This document shows, piece by piece, positions 22,299-30,185 of a stretch of DNA of 55,834 nt. The notes below the pieces were generated by a model. That model did no database searches and was not told where the DNA came from. It saw only the letters and a program-made list of their open reading frames with translations. The position numbers were made by a program, and so were the translations under genes. How positions within the stretch are numbered: the first letter of the stretch is position 1; each line of letters starts with the position of its first letter. The DNA lies in contig JAZBOO010000284.1 in the NCBI GenBank assembly GCA_036351155.1, forward strand, positions 1-55,834, read 5' to 3'. The stretch comes from Candidatus Krumholzibacteriia bacterium (lineage in GTDB: Bacteria > Krumholzibacteriota > Krumholzibacteriia > LZORAL124-64-63).

Positions 22299-22327
22299 AT
22301 TATAGGAAGGCAGCCCAATCGGGTCAA
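22299..22327 (-). promoter_or_regulatory. sigma70 promoter of the M6-like/porV operon
   Basis: TTGACC-N17-TATAAT on the minus strand. Confidence 0.75.
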
Positions 22328-22409
22328 TCCCAGCCTGCCGCAGGCGTCACGCCCCTATCCTCTCCGCAATTTTCTTCTACGGGCCCTCGGGATATGCTAT
22401 CCTGTCAGG

Positions 22410-22630
22410 TACCGTATTCCGGATCGAACCCGGAAACAAAGTGTCGGGAGAGCCCGAGCGGGGTTCCTGTCACCCCTGATCGACATTGCCCTGCCGGGCT
22501 CTCCCAAGGTGTTGATGTCCCCTGCCGGACGGTTTGCGACCCTTCCCTACTGGCTGCCAACCTCTTCGAGAATCTGGTCCCTCTCCGACCGACGGGTGAT
22601 GGGGGGAAAAACCATCAACACACTTTTTGA
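22410..22630 (+). ncRNA. Candidate structured non-coding RNA of unknown family
   Basis: TGcTATCCT extended -10 at 22395-22403; 11-bp stem 22446-22456/22495-22505; 9-bp stem 22509-22517/22613-22621; terminal T-run. Confidence 0.4.
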
Positions 22631-22650
22631 CCGCGGGTCAAATCCGCGGA

Positions 22651-24513
22651 TTATCGTCTCGTGGTCGAGCCTCCTCGGCTGGACCCTGAACTCTTGCTGC
22701 CACCACTCTTGCTGCCACTGCTCTTGCTGCCTCCGCTGCGGGTGTTCCCGCCGGAGGTCGCACCGCTGCTTTTCGACTTGGGCGCCGATTTCACACGGGG
22801 CGGAGCGGTGGGCTGCTTGTTGCTGGACCCGCTGTTGTTGCTCCGGGGCTTGACCACGGGCTTGCTGTTCCGGCTATTGTTGCGCGGCTGCACCCGGGGC
22901 TTGTCGCTGCCCTGCGTCCTGTTCGACGGCGACCTGAGGTTGCGCTCGGGTTGCTTGGTCTCGGGACGGGTGTTCCAGACCCGGGATCCTCGGCGACGGG
23001 GCTCCACCGGCTTGATGGTCCGCCCACCTTCGGTGGAGCGATCCGGCTTGACCTGGGTACCGCGGGTGGTGTTGTCCCTCTGGGTCCCCGTGCGGGGGTT
23101 GGTCCGCACCGAGCTGCTGCTGCGATCCGGGGCCTGCTCGGTGGGCAAGCGACGCGCGGGCTTGAGGGCCGAACGGGTTTCTCCCCCGCCGGAAGTGTGG
23201 CGGATATTGGTCCGTTGGGTGCCCTCTCCGGTGCGAACACGGGTGTTGTCCTTGATGCGCAGTCCGGCGGATCCCCGCACGTTGGAGGTCCCGGTGATTT
23301 CCGGACGCGCACGATCGGCGCGGGCTTCTCCGCGAATGACGCCGGGCGCTCCGCGACGGCCCAGATCCCGGTCCACGACCCGCCGATTATCGGCCAGCGA
23401 GGTCCGCGCACGCATGGCCTCGCGCTGACGGTCATCGGGACGTTCCTTGCCGATCAGACCGGTCACTCGTCCGAACTCTCGGGTCTTCACCTTGTCGGCG
23501 CGGGCCAGAGCGCTGCGGTCCAGCGGGCGCCAGCGACGGTGCCCGTTGTTGTAATAGGTGTAGCTGTTGCCCCAGTAGTAGGGGGAATCGTACCAGCTGT
23601 AGCAGGAGTAGTTCCAGCGCCAGCCCCAGCCATAGCCGGGAGCACAGCGGTACCAGGGATCGTACCAGAAATTGACCCAGGGACGCGTGGTCCAGGGGTC
23701 CACGTACACGTAGACCGGATTGGCGTAGATGGGATAGTACCCGTACTGGTCATACCAGTTGTTGTTCCAGCCGTAGTCGTACTGGATGTCCAGGGTACAC
23801 TCGTCCTGGTAAGGGTCGTAGGCCACCTCGTCATCGAAATGGCACTGGTTGCACAGGTACCGGGGATGGTCCACCTTCTGGTGGACATAGAAACTGGCGT
23901 AGTTGGTGACCACGAATTCTTCGCTGTCTTCGAGCCCGGTCACCACGAAGTTGATCTCGTTCATGGCCAGGAAAGGATCGCCGGCCACCTGGAAGTCGTA
24001 CCGCTTGGTGGCGTTCTCGTGATGGAAATCAAGTTCCAGTTCACGCAGGTCGAAGGGATACGAGCTGACGATGGCTTCGATGAATCCCTCACCCGGCTCG
24101 TAGCCGGCCTGCAGACGCTTGGCGCCGGCCACGGGCAGCTGGTACTCATGACCACCGAAGGCAAATCCGTCATCGTAGCGAGTGCGCGGCCACAGGATGT
24201 CCACCATCCCGTTGGCGTCGATCCGGTATACCACAGCGTAGGCATCCTGATTGGTCTGGAAACCCACGGTGTAGTAGTCCCCGCGTTGTAGCACCGCCCC
24301 ATCGTCCTGGCCTTCCAGCCAGACACCCACCCGCAGGGTCTGGGCGCTGTAATCGAAACTGCTGGCGGCTTCAGTTGCCTCGTCCTGGGCCTGCACCGTG
24401 GCAGGACCGACCAGACCGAGCAGCAACACGGCCAGGGCCAACAGACAGCTCCCACCCACGGTGGCATTCCACCGGGCCGTCTTCGCGTCTTTCAGCTTTA
24501 TCCTGTTTTGCAT
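22651..24513 (-). CDS. Secreted DUF4384-like protein with CxxCH motif, Y/W-rich segment and basic disordered tail
   Basis: AAGGAG RBS; signal peptide ending VQA; VGFQTNQDAYAVVYRIDANGMVDILWP resembles DUF4384; YLCNQCH. Confidence 0.75.
   Translation of the reverse strand: MQNRIKLKDAKTARWNATVGGSCLLALAVLLLGLVGPATVQAQDEATEAASSFDYSAQTLRVGVWLEGQDDGAVLQRGDYYTVGFQTNQDAYAVVYRIDANGMVDILWPRTRYDDGFAFGGHEYQLPVAGAKRLQAGYEPGEGFIEAIVSSYPFDLRELELDFHHENATKRYDFQVAGDPFLAMNEINFVVTGLEDSEEFVVTNYASFYVHQKVDHPRYLCNQCHFDDEVAYDPYQDECTLDIQYDYGWNNNWYDQYGYYPIYANPVYVYVDPWTTRPWVNFWYDPWYRCAPGYGWGWRWNYSCYSWYDSPYYWGNSYTYYNNGHRRWRPLDRSALARADKVKTREFGRVTGLIGKERPDDRQREAMRARTSLADNRRVVDRDLGRRGAPGVIRGEARADRARPEITGTSNVRGSAGLRIKDNTRVRTGEGTQRTNIRHTSGGGETRSALKPARRLPTEQAPDRSSSSVRTNPRTGTQRDNTTRGTQVKPDRSTEGGRTIKPVEPRRRGSRVWNTRPETKQPERNLRSPSNRTQGSDKPRVQPRNNSRNSKPVVKPRSNNSGSSNKQPTAPPRVKSAPKSKSSGATSGGNTRSGGSKSSGSKSGGSKSSGSSRGGSTTRR
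22691..22735. repeat. Three 15-bp tandem repeats within the CDS, encoding G/S-G-S-K-S units
   Basis: ctcttgctgccacca / ctcttgctgccactg / ctcttgctgcctccg. Confidence 0.85.
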
Positions 24514-24546
24514 GGCTGCACGCTCCTTTGCTGGAAACATGACCGA

Positions 24547-25575
24547 TCAAAAACTGATCGTCATGGGCTTGAGATCATGAGTCGCGGGCTTCTCCGGAAC
24601 GGAAAGTTCGGGCAGACCGGCAATGGTCTGGTAAGCCCAGATGATCCCCACGGAATTGCTGGTGATGGCCGTCACTCCGAACTTGGCGTAATGGATACCG
24701 GCGATCGGGTCGTCAATTCTCAGGACATAGATATGTCCGATGATGAGTTCCATGGTCCCGGTGGACGAGTAGCCACCGGCCGGGGCATAGGACACGCCCT
24801 CGAAGATCAGGTAATTTTCACTGTCCAGGAAGACGCCGAAATCCTGGATTTCCACACCGAGGTGATTGGTCTGGACGTAGGGGACGTTACCCTGGAAAGC
24901 AATGCGGATGTCTGCGGTGTTCCCGGGGGCCGTGGGATCAACCCGTCCGTCTTGCAGACGGCTGAAATCCCATCCGGCCAGTGCGGGGTTCACGTTGACA
25001 TCGAAGACTTCGGTGGCGTCCAGATTCATGGGCAACGGCGCATCGATGACGAACTCGTAGCTGAGTGCGCTTTCACGCCCCGCTTCGTTCACAGCCGTGA
25101 CGGCATACTCGTACTCCTCGCCATTGACGGCGAGGTCATCGTAGAAAAAATGAAGACCGGAACTGGAGTCGAAATTCTCATCCCAGGCCACCTCGCCGAT
25201 GTAGGAGAACTCGCGATCGGGAATGTCCTCATCGCCCGGCGTGTAATAACGGCTGTAAACATAGTAGGCCACCACGTTGGGGTTGTAGCGGCCGTCATAA
25301 GGATGATAGGACAGGTCGTACCACTGAACAATCACCAGGTTGTCCCCGCTGATACTGTGGACCCCGGTGGGCACCACGGGCGAGGGCAATTCGATGCAGT
25401 TGACGCAATCATCGGATTCACAACCGCTCAGCAAACCCAGCAGTAAAAAGATGCTAAGGGCCAGAAGGGTTCCACGGACCCTGAAAATCCGTGGATTGCG
25501 GGTATGGGCGCGACGGCCATGCCGTCCGGCAAAGAACTGATCCACCACTTTTCTTTGGCCTGAAAATTTGCTCAT
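24547..25575 (-). CDS. Lipoprotein with FN3-like domain and possible HmuY-like C-terminal domain
   Basis: GGAGG RBS; lipobox LLSGC; FN3-like PTGVHSISGDNLVIVQW...YEYAVTAVNEAGRES; C-terminal HYAKF...WAYQ. Confidence 0.7.
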   Translation of the reverse strand: MSKFSGQRKVVDQFFAGRHGRRAHTRNPRIFRVRGTLLALSIFLLLGLLSGCESDDCVNCIELPSPVVPTGVHSISGDNLVIVQWYDLSYHPYDGRYNPNVVAYYVYSRYYTPGDEDIPDREFSYIGEVAWDENFDSSSGLHFFYDDLAVNGEEYEYAVTAVNEAGRESALSYEFVIDAPLPMNLDATEVFDVNVNPALAGWDFSRLQDGRVDPTAPGNTADIRIAFQGNVPYVQTNHLGVEIQDFGVFLDSENYLIFEGVSYAPAGGYSSTGTMELIIGHIYVLRIDDPIAGIHYAKFGVTAITSNSVGIIWAYQTIAGLPELSVPEKPATHDLKPMTISF

Positions 25576-25651
25576 CCCTTGAACCTCCTGGCCCGAACTG
25601 AACTCGCGGCCTCTCCTTGGCTGTTCTTCCTGCCATTCTCACCATGTATCA

Positions 25652-25667
25652 GGCAGACTTCGTGCCA
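25652..25667 (-). promoter_or_regulatory. sigma54 (-24/-12) promoter of the lipoprotein-DUF4384 operon
   Basis: TGGCACGAAGTCTGCC versus consensus TGGCACG-N4-TTGC; exact GG-N10-GC spacing, ~77 bp upstream of the ATG. Confidence 0.8.
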
Positions 25668-25947
25668 GGAGGGTGGCAATTGTTCAGGGAAGTTACATCA
25701 GGAAAAATGGAGTGAGGGCCGGAGGGAAAAAGCGGGCAACCAGAATACACATTTCTTTATTTTACAACGTCTTGACAAAATCCAAGAAAGCTCAGCCATC
25801 GCTGAAGATGATCCATCTGGGACGAACCAGGTCCCCCGCGATCGGGACAACGGTCCCACCGGACCAGCTCCTGCTGATCGCTAACTGGGACACCATCTCC
25901 AAAAAAGGACACAATGGGAGGGAGAAAGAAGGTTATCGGTAGGCATG

Positions 25948-26018
25948 AAAAAAGAGCCCCGCCTTGCGGCTACCCGTTCTTGAATCTCGCCTTTTCAAGA
26001 ACAGAAGGGCTCTTTATT
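25948..26018 (-). terminator. Three-way-junction RNA element ending in a U-run (terminator-like)
   Basis: Outer stem AAAGAGCCC/GGGCTCTTT; inner stems GTTCTTGAA/TTCAAGAAC and GCC-GCAA-GGC; ends in a run of six U on the minus strand. Confidence 0.7.
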
Positions 26019-26258
26019 TCGAGGATCCGGTGATCAGATCCAGATTTTATTCGTGTTTCGGGAGAAAGGTCCCGAGTTCTCTCTCATCGGCCGAGAATAA
26101 TTGTTAAGACCCCACCTCTTCACAATCATCCAGCCGACACTTCTTGATGAGAACTTCCTCTTCGCCGGTAAGCAGTTGAGGAAAAAAACCTCGACTCTCC
26201 CGAAAACACGAAACTCGTTCAACTTGGAAGAGGATCCCTGTAACTCACCCCTTCAACA
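25948..26258 (-). ncRNA. Candidate sigma54-dependent structured RNA (~310 nt), possibly also encoding a 17-31 aa peptide
   Basis: Bounded by the sigma54 promoter (26269-26284) and the terminator-like element; long-range inverted repeat 26050-26065/26196-26212. Confidence 0.55.
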
Positions 26259-26268
26259 CACGGCATAT

Positions 26269-26284
26269 TGCACGACGCATACCA
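26269..26284 (-). promoter_or_regulatory. sigma54 (-24/-12) promoter directly downstream of the TPR activator gene
   Basis: TGGTATGCGTCGTGCA on the minus strand; GG-N10-GC spacing; AT-rich upstream region. Confidence 0.6.
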
Positions 26285-26516
26285 GAAACCCTCTTTTGCC
26301 AATAAATGTTAAGTCTTATGTTGACAACATGTTACGAGGAACGGGACACCTCTTGATTCCACTGCACGGCAGAGGGTTATTAAATGTTTTTATAGTTTTT
26401 CAGGCAAAAAAATAACCCGTTGCCAAACAACGAGTTAAGGTATAAAAAAAAAGACCAGCCCAACCGAAGAATGCCCTTCAAATTAACAGTTCAGGCACCC
26501 GGAATGAGCCGGGACC

Positions 26517-29500
26517 TCAAGAAGCAATGCCGTAATGCTTGATCTTCTTGAGCAGGTTGGGGTAGCTGACCTTGAGCAGACGGGCTGCGGCGGACTTGTT
26601 CCCCGCGGACACCTTCAGGGCGCGCTCGATCTCCCGGCATTCGATCCCCGCCAGGGTCTCCTTCAGCGGGACCACTCGACCACTTTCCGATGATTCGGGC
26701 GCGGAATGGAACTGGGTGAACTCCCGGGGCAGGTGCTGCGGTCTCAACACACCATCGCCCTGGGCCAGAACGATGGCCCGCTTCAACGTTTTCTCCAGCT
26801 CGCGAATATTCCCGGGCCAGGAGTGGTGCACCAGCAGGTCCATGAACACCCGATCCAGCGCCAGAGGAGCCGTGCCGAGTTCCTGGCAGAATCGCTGGCT
26901 GAAGTGCCGAGTCAGCAACTCCACGTCGTCGGCCCGTTCACGCAGCGGTGGAATGGTCAGGGGGAAGTCCACGAGGCGATAGTAAAGATCCTCGAGGAAC
27001 CCACCGGTCCGGGAGCGCGCATGAAGATCGGTCTTGGAGGCGGCCACGATGCGGACATCGACCTTGGTTTCCCTGTTGCTGCCCACCGGGCGCACCGACT
27101 TGGTGTCCAGAAAATGCAGGAGCTTGCCCTGCATGGCCAGCGGCATCTTGCCGATCTCATCCAGGAACAGGGTTCCACCCTGAGCCTGGACCAGCAGCCC
27201 CTTCTTGTCGTTGTCGGCGCCGGTGAAGGCACCCTTGACGTGCCCGAACAGCTCACTTTCGAGGAGACTGTCAGGAATGGCCGCACAGTTGATGGACAGG
27301 AATTCCTTGTCCGCCCGCTTGCTCAAGGCATGAATGGAGTAGGCCAGCAGCCCCTTGCCGGTGCCCGTTTCCCCGTTCAGCAGGACGGTCAAGTCGCTGG
27401 GCGCCACTTTCTGGGCCAGAGCCAGAACTTCCAGCATTTTGCTGTTCTGGGTGATGATGTTCTCGAAGCTTTCAATGCGCTCGATGGGGGTGGAAACAGC
27501 AGAACCCCCGGAAGACCGCCCCTTCTCGAAAAGGAACAGGGCCAGGAACCCCATGTAAGTGGCCAGGAAGTCCAGGGCCGCACGGTCAAAACCGCCCTTG
27601 CCCCGTTCCGCCGCAGCCTTGCCCAGGAAAAGCAACCCGAATTGCCGCCCGTGCAGCGCGATGGGCATGAACACGCAGCTGGCGGCAACCGACCCCAGGG
27701 CGGGCACTTTCTCAAGAAGGTCATCGTGCTCGGCCAGTCGGGAGAACAGGGTGGTTCCGCTCCGCCGTCCACTGGCCAGCTCGGCATCGAACCAGCGGGT
27801 CAATTGCTGGGCCAGGTTGTCGGTCAAGCCACGGCGCGCGGTGATCCGCAAGCCGGCTCCCGGCACCTGATCGTCCAGCATCGCAATGAATCCGTGGTCG
27901 GCCTGCACCCTCTCCAGCCCGGCATCGAGGATGGTTTCCAGGTTGCGGGGAACCGAAGTGTCGGTGCGGGCAAATAGCCCCGGCAAGCCGGAAATGGCCT
28001 GCAGGTGGCTTTCCGCGCTACCCACTCCGGTCAAGAGGCCGGACTCGATCATGTCCCGCAGCCGCACCACCTGGAGGCTGAGTTTCTCGTCATCCAGGCC
28101 GGTGGCGTGGCGTTCGAACTCGAACACGGTCAACAGGGCATCGTCGAACTGCCGCAGGTGAACCTGGATATGGGCCAGCTGATCCAGTACCCGGCACAGC
28201 ATGTGGTCGCTGACCTGGTTGGCCCCACTCTCCTGGGCATCCATCAGGTAACGGCGCAGAAGCAGCAGCAGACCCTCATCGGCGGTTTCGCGCCGGATAT
28301 CGGCGTAGCGGATGATGGTCTGGCACCAGAGGTGGTTCAAGCGCTGTTCGGAAAAGGTGGCGATGGCTTCGCGGAAGTGGTGGTCCACCTGCTGCAGATC
28401 ATTCTGGGCGGCATAGGCCCGACCCAGCACACTGTGACAGAAGCCCAGCTCGTAGAGCTCACCGCATTGTTCACAGACCGCGATGGCCGCCTGGCTGACA
28501 GCCACGGCATCTTCCAGCTCGCCGGCCGCCAGATGGGCCTCGCCAATGCGGCGCAGCAACTCACCCTCGAGATCGTTGCCCACGGCAATGCGGCGGCTCT
28601 TGTCCAGACCCAGCTGGTAATTGAACTGGGCCTTCTCGACCTGCCCCCGGGACAGCAGAATATCGCCCAGGTACTCGTCACAGATGGTGGCTTCCCGCAG
28701 GTACTGGTATTCCTCGGACAGGGTCTTGGCCGCCAGAACCAGCTCTTCGGCCCGAGCCAGTCGTCCCGACTGGATTTCCAGCCGCCCCATGGCCAGGCTC
28801 AGGCGGGCCTGATGCTGGACATCGCCCAGAGACTGGGCCAGCCGCAAACCTTTTTCCAGGTAGGGCCGGGCCTCTCCCAGGCGTTCGATCTTGGTCAGGA
28901 TGATCCCCTGATTCAGGTAGAAACGGGGCAGCAAATGGCTGGCACCGATCTGCTCGGCCAGGCTGAGGGCCTTGTCCATGAGGGACTGAGCCTGATCCCA
29001 GTGGCAACGGTTCTTGTGCAGGAGGGCCAGGTTGTTCAGCAGGTTGGCCACACCCAGGTCGTTGCCGATCCGGCGAAAGGTGGCCAGGCTGTCGCTGTAG
29101 AATTCTTCAGCTTTTTCCATCCGTCCCAGACGATAGTGGACAATGCCCATGCCTGCCTGGAGTCGGGCCACATCGGCGTGTTCGTCGGTCAGGGCCAGAA
29201 CGGAAAAAGCGGACTTGGAAACCTGGAGCGAGTCCTGGAGCTGGCCGCGCTCGCGGTGGACCACCGCTTGCCGCACCTGAAAAACGGCCTTCTGCACGGT
29301 CATTTCGGGCCCGGCGCCGGCGTCGGCGCTGGCACGGATCAGATCCAGGGCCTCGTTGATCAGATGCTGAACCTGGTGGTAATCGCCGAGAAGGATGTTG
29401 GTGTCGGTGGCCTTGCGCAGAACATTCAAAGCCCGATCGAGCGGCAATTGCACCAGAATCTGGTCATCCAGCAGCTGACGGTAGTAGTCGAGAGCCGACG

Positions 29501-29630
29501 AATAGGCCGAGGCGTGGAAATGCAAGTCTCCCACTTCCTCGAGTCGGGCCCAGTCCACCTGACGGGCAGAAGCCTCCATCGGGTGTTGTTCGGGGTCAAA
29601 CCTGTGATTTCCGTCCTGGTACTCTCGCAT
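26517..29630 (-). CDS. sigma54 enhancer-binding protein with long TPR array, GAF-like domain, AAA+ domain and Fis-type HTH
   Basis: TPR-like helices (e.g. [22 protein letters not shown]); [37 protein letters not shown] and [10 protein letters not shown]. Confidence 0.93.
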   Translation of the reverse strand: MREYQDGNHRFDPEQHPMEASARQVDWARLEEVGDLHFHASAYSSALDYYRQLLDDQILVQLPLDRALNVLRKATDTNILLGDYHQVQHLINEALDLIRASADAGAGPEMTVQKAVFQVRQAVVHRERGQLQDSLQVSKSAFSVLALTDEHADVARLQAGMGIVHYRLGRMEKAEEFYSDSLATFRRIGNDLGVANLLNNLALLHKNRCHWDQAQSLMDKALSLAEQIGASHLLPRFYLNQGIILTKIERLGEARPYLEKGLRLAQSLGDVQHQARLSLAMGRLEIQSGRLARAEELVLAAKTLSEEYQYLREATICDEYLGDILLSRGQVEKAQFNYQLGLDKSRRIAVGNDLEGELLRRIGEAHLAAGELEDAVAVSQAAIAVCEQCGELYELGFCHSVLGRAYAAQNDLQQVDHHFREAIATFSEQRLNHLWCQTIIRYADIRRETADEGLLLLLRRYLMDAQESGANQVSDHMLCRVLDQLAHIQVHLRQFDDALLTVFEFERHATGLDDEKLSLQVVRLRDMIESGLLTGVGSAESHLQAISGLPGLFARTDTSVPRNLETILDAGLERVQADHGFIAMLDDQVPGAGLRITARRGLTDNLAQQLTRWFDAELASGRRSGTTLFSRLAEHDDLLEKVPALGSVAASCVFMPIALHGRQFGLLFLGKAAAERGKGGFDRAALDFLATYMGFLALFLFEKGRSSGGSAVSTPIERIESFENIITQNSKMLEVLALAQKVAPSDLTVLLNGETGTGKGLLAYSIHALSKRADKEFLSINCAAIPDSLLESELFGHVKGAFTGADNDKKGLLVQAQGGTLFLDEIGKMPLAMQGKLLHFLDTKSVRPVGSNRETKVDVRIVAASKTDLHARSRTGGFLEDLYYRLVDFPLTIPPLRERADDVELLTRHFSQRFCQELGTAPLALDRVFMDLLVHHSWPGNIRELEKTLKRAIVLAQGDGVLRPQHLPREFTQFHSAPESSESGRVVPLKETLAGIECREIERALKVSAGNKSAAARLLKVSYPNLLKKIKHYGIAS

Positions 29631-29683
29631 CAACCGTATCCCTTGGCGAGTCAGTGGATCGGTGACAGTTTTTTTGCTGCCTC

Positions 29684-29705
29684 AAGGGCCGCCAGAGCGG
29701 CCCTT
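29684..29705. other. GC-rich hairpin at the 3' end of the small secreted protein gene
   Basis: AAGGGCCGC-CAGA-GCGGCCCTT; no U-run follows on the coding strand. Confidence 0.6.
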
Positions 29706-30039
29706 AGGGCATCAGCATGAACTGCAACATCTTCAGGTAGATGAATTGTGAGAAATCCATCGTGTCGTCATCACCCAGGAATCCGCCAAACAGATTGAAC
29801 AGATCGGATTCGCCGGCGCGCGCGCCGTATCCGCCGCCCACACTGTCGGGATCGCCTTCACCACCGTCGGTGGGCCCACCCAGACTGTCGCTGACATCAT
29901 CCTCGGTGTTCTGATACACCGTGGTTCCGTCTTCCAGTGTGGGAAGGCCTGCTAACGACGCGTGAATGGGCTGGGCCGAAACGACGGTCAGCAGCACGAG
30001 TGCCACCAACATGATCGTTCCCTGCATAACCCTCGTCAT
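29704..30039 (-). CDS. Small (111 aa) secreted acidic Gly/Asp-rich protein with hydrophobic C-terminus
   Basis: AAGGAG RBS before ATG 30039; signal peptide MTRVMQGTIMLVALVLLTVVSAQPIHA; core GGEGDPDSVGGGYG; tail FSQFIYLKMLQFMLMP. Confidence 0.75.
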   Translation of the reverse strand: MTRVMQGTIMLVALVLLTVVSAQPIHASLAGLPTLEDGTTVYQNTEDDVSDSLGGPTDGGEGDPDSVGGGYGARAGESDLFNLFGGFLGDDDTMDFSQFIYLKMLQFMLMP

Positions 30040-30185
30040 TTTGCTCTCCTTCACGGACTGCACCCCGTCTTGCCTTTTTTTGAAAACCCGCGCGCCTCCA
30101 TGCCCGAGCCGCGTCAGATCGTAAGTTCCCCTTTGAACCCTATATTTAAGGATGCTCTCAAGTCTGGTCAAGCCTTTTGGCCCGG

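Noticed and set aside
25490-25530. Twin-arginine signal in the lipoprotein N-region (HGRRAH)
   Set aside because: Lacks the RRxFL consensus and is distant from the hydrophobic segment.
25579-26415. Plus-strand ORFs 25579-25884, 25673-25942 and 26101-26415
   Set aside because: No RBS or motifs, atypical composition, and they overlap minus-strand promoters and RNA structures.
25680-26516. AT-richer stretch as a horizontally acquired island
   Set aside because: Short, with no integrase, transposase or terminal repeats; explained by regulatory DNA.
30059-30074. sigma54-like box upstream of the small secreted gene (GGCAAGACGGGGTGCA)
   Set aside because: Spacing is GG-N11-GC; sigma54 needs N10.
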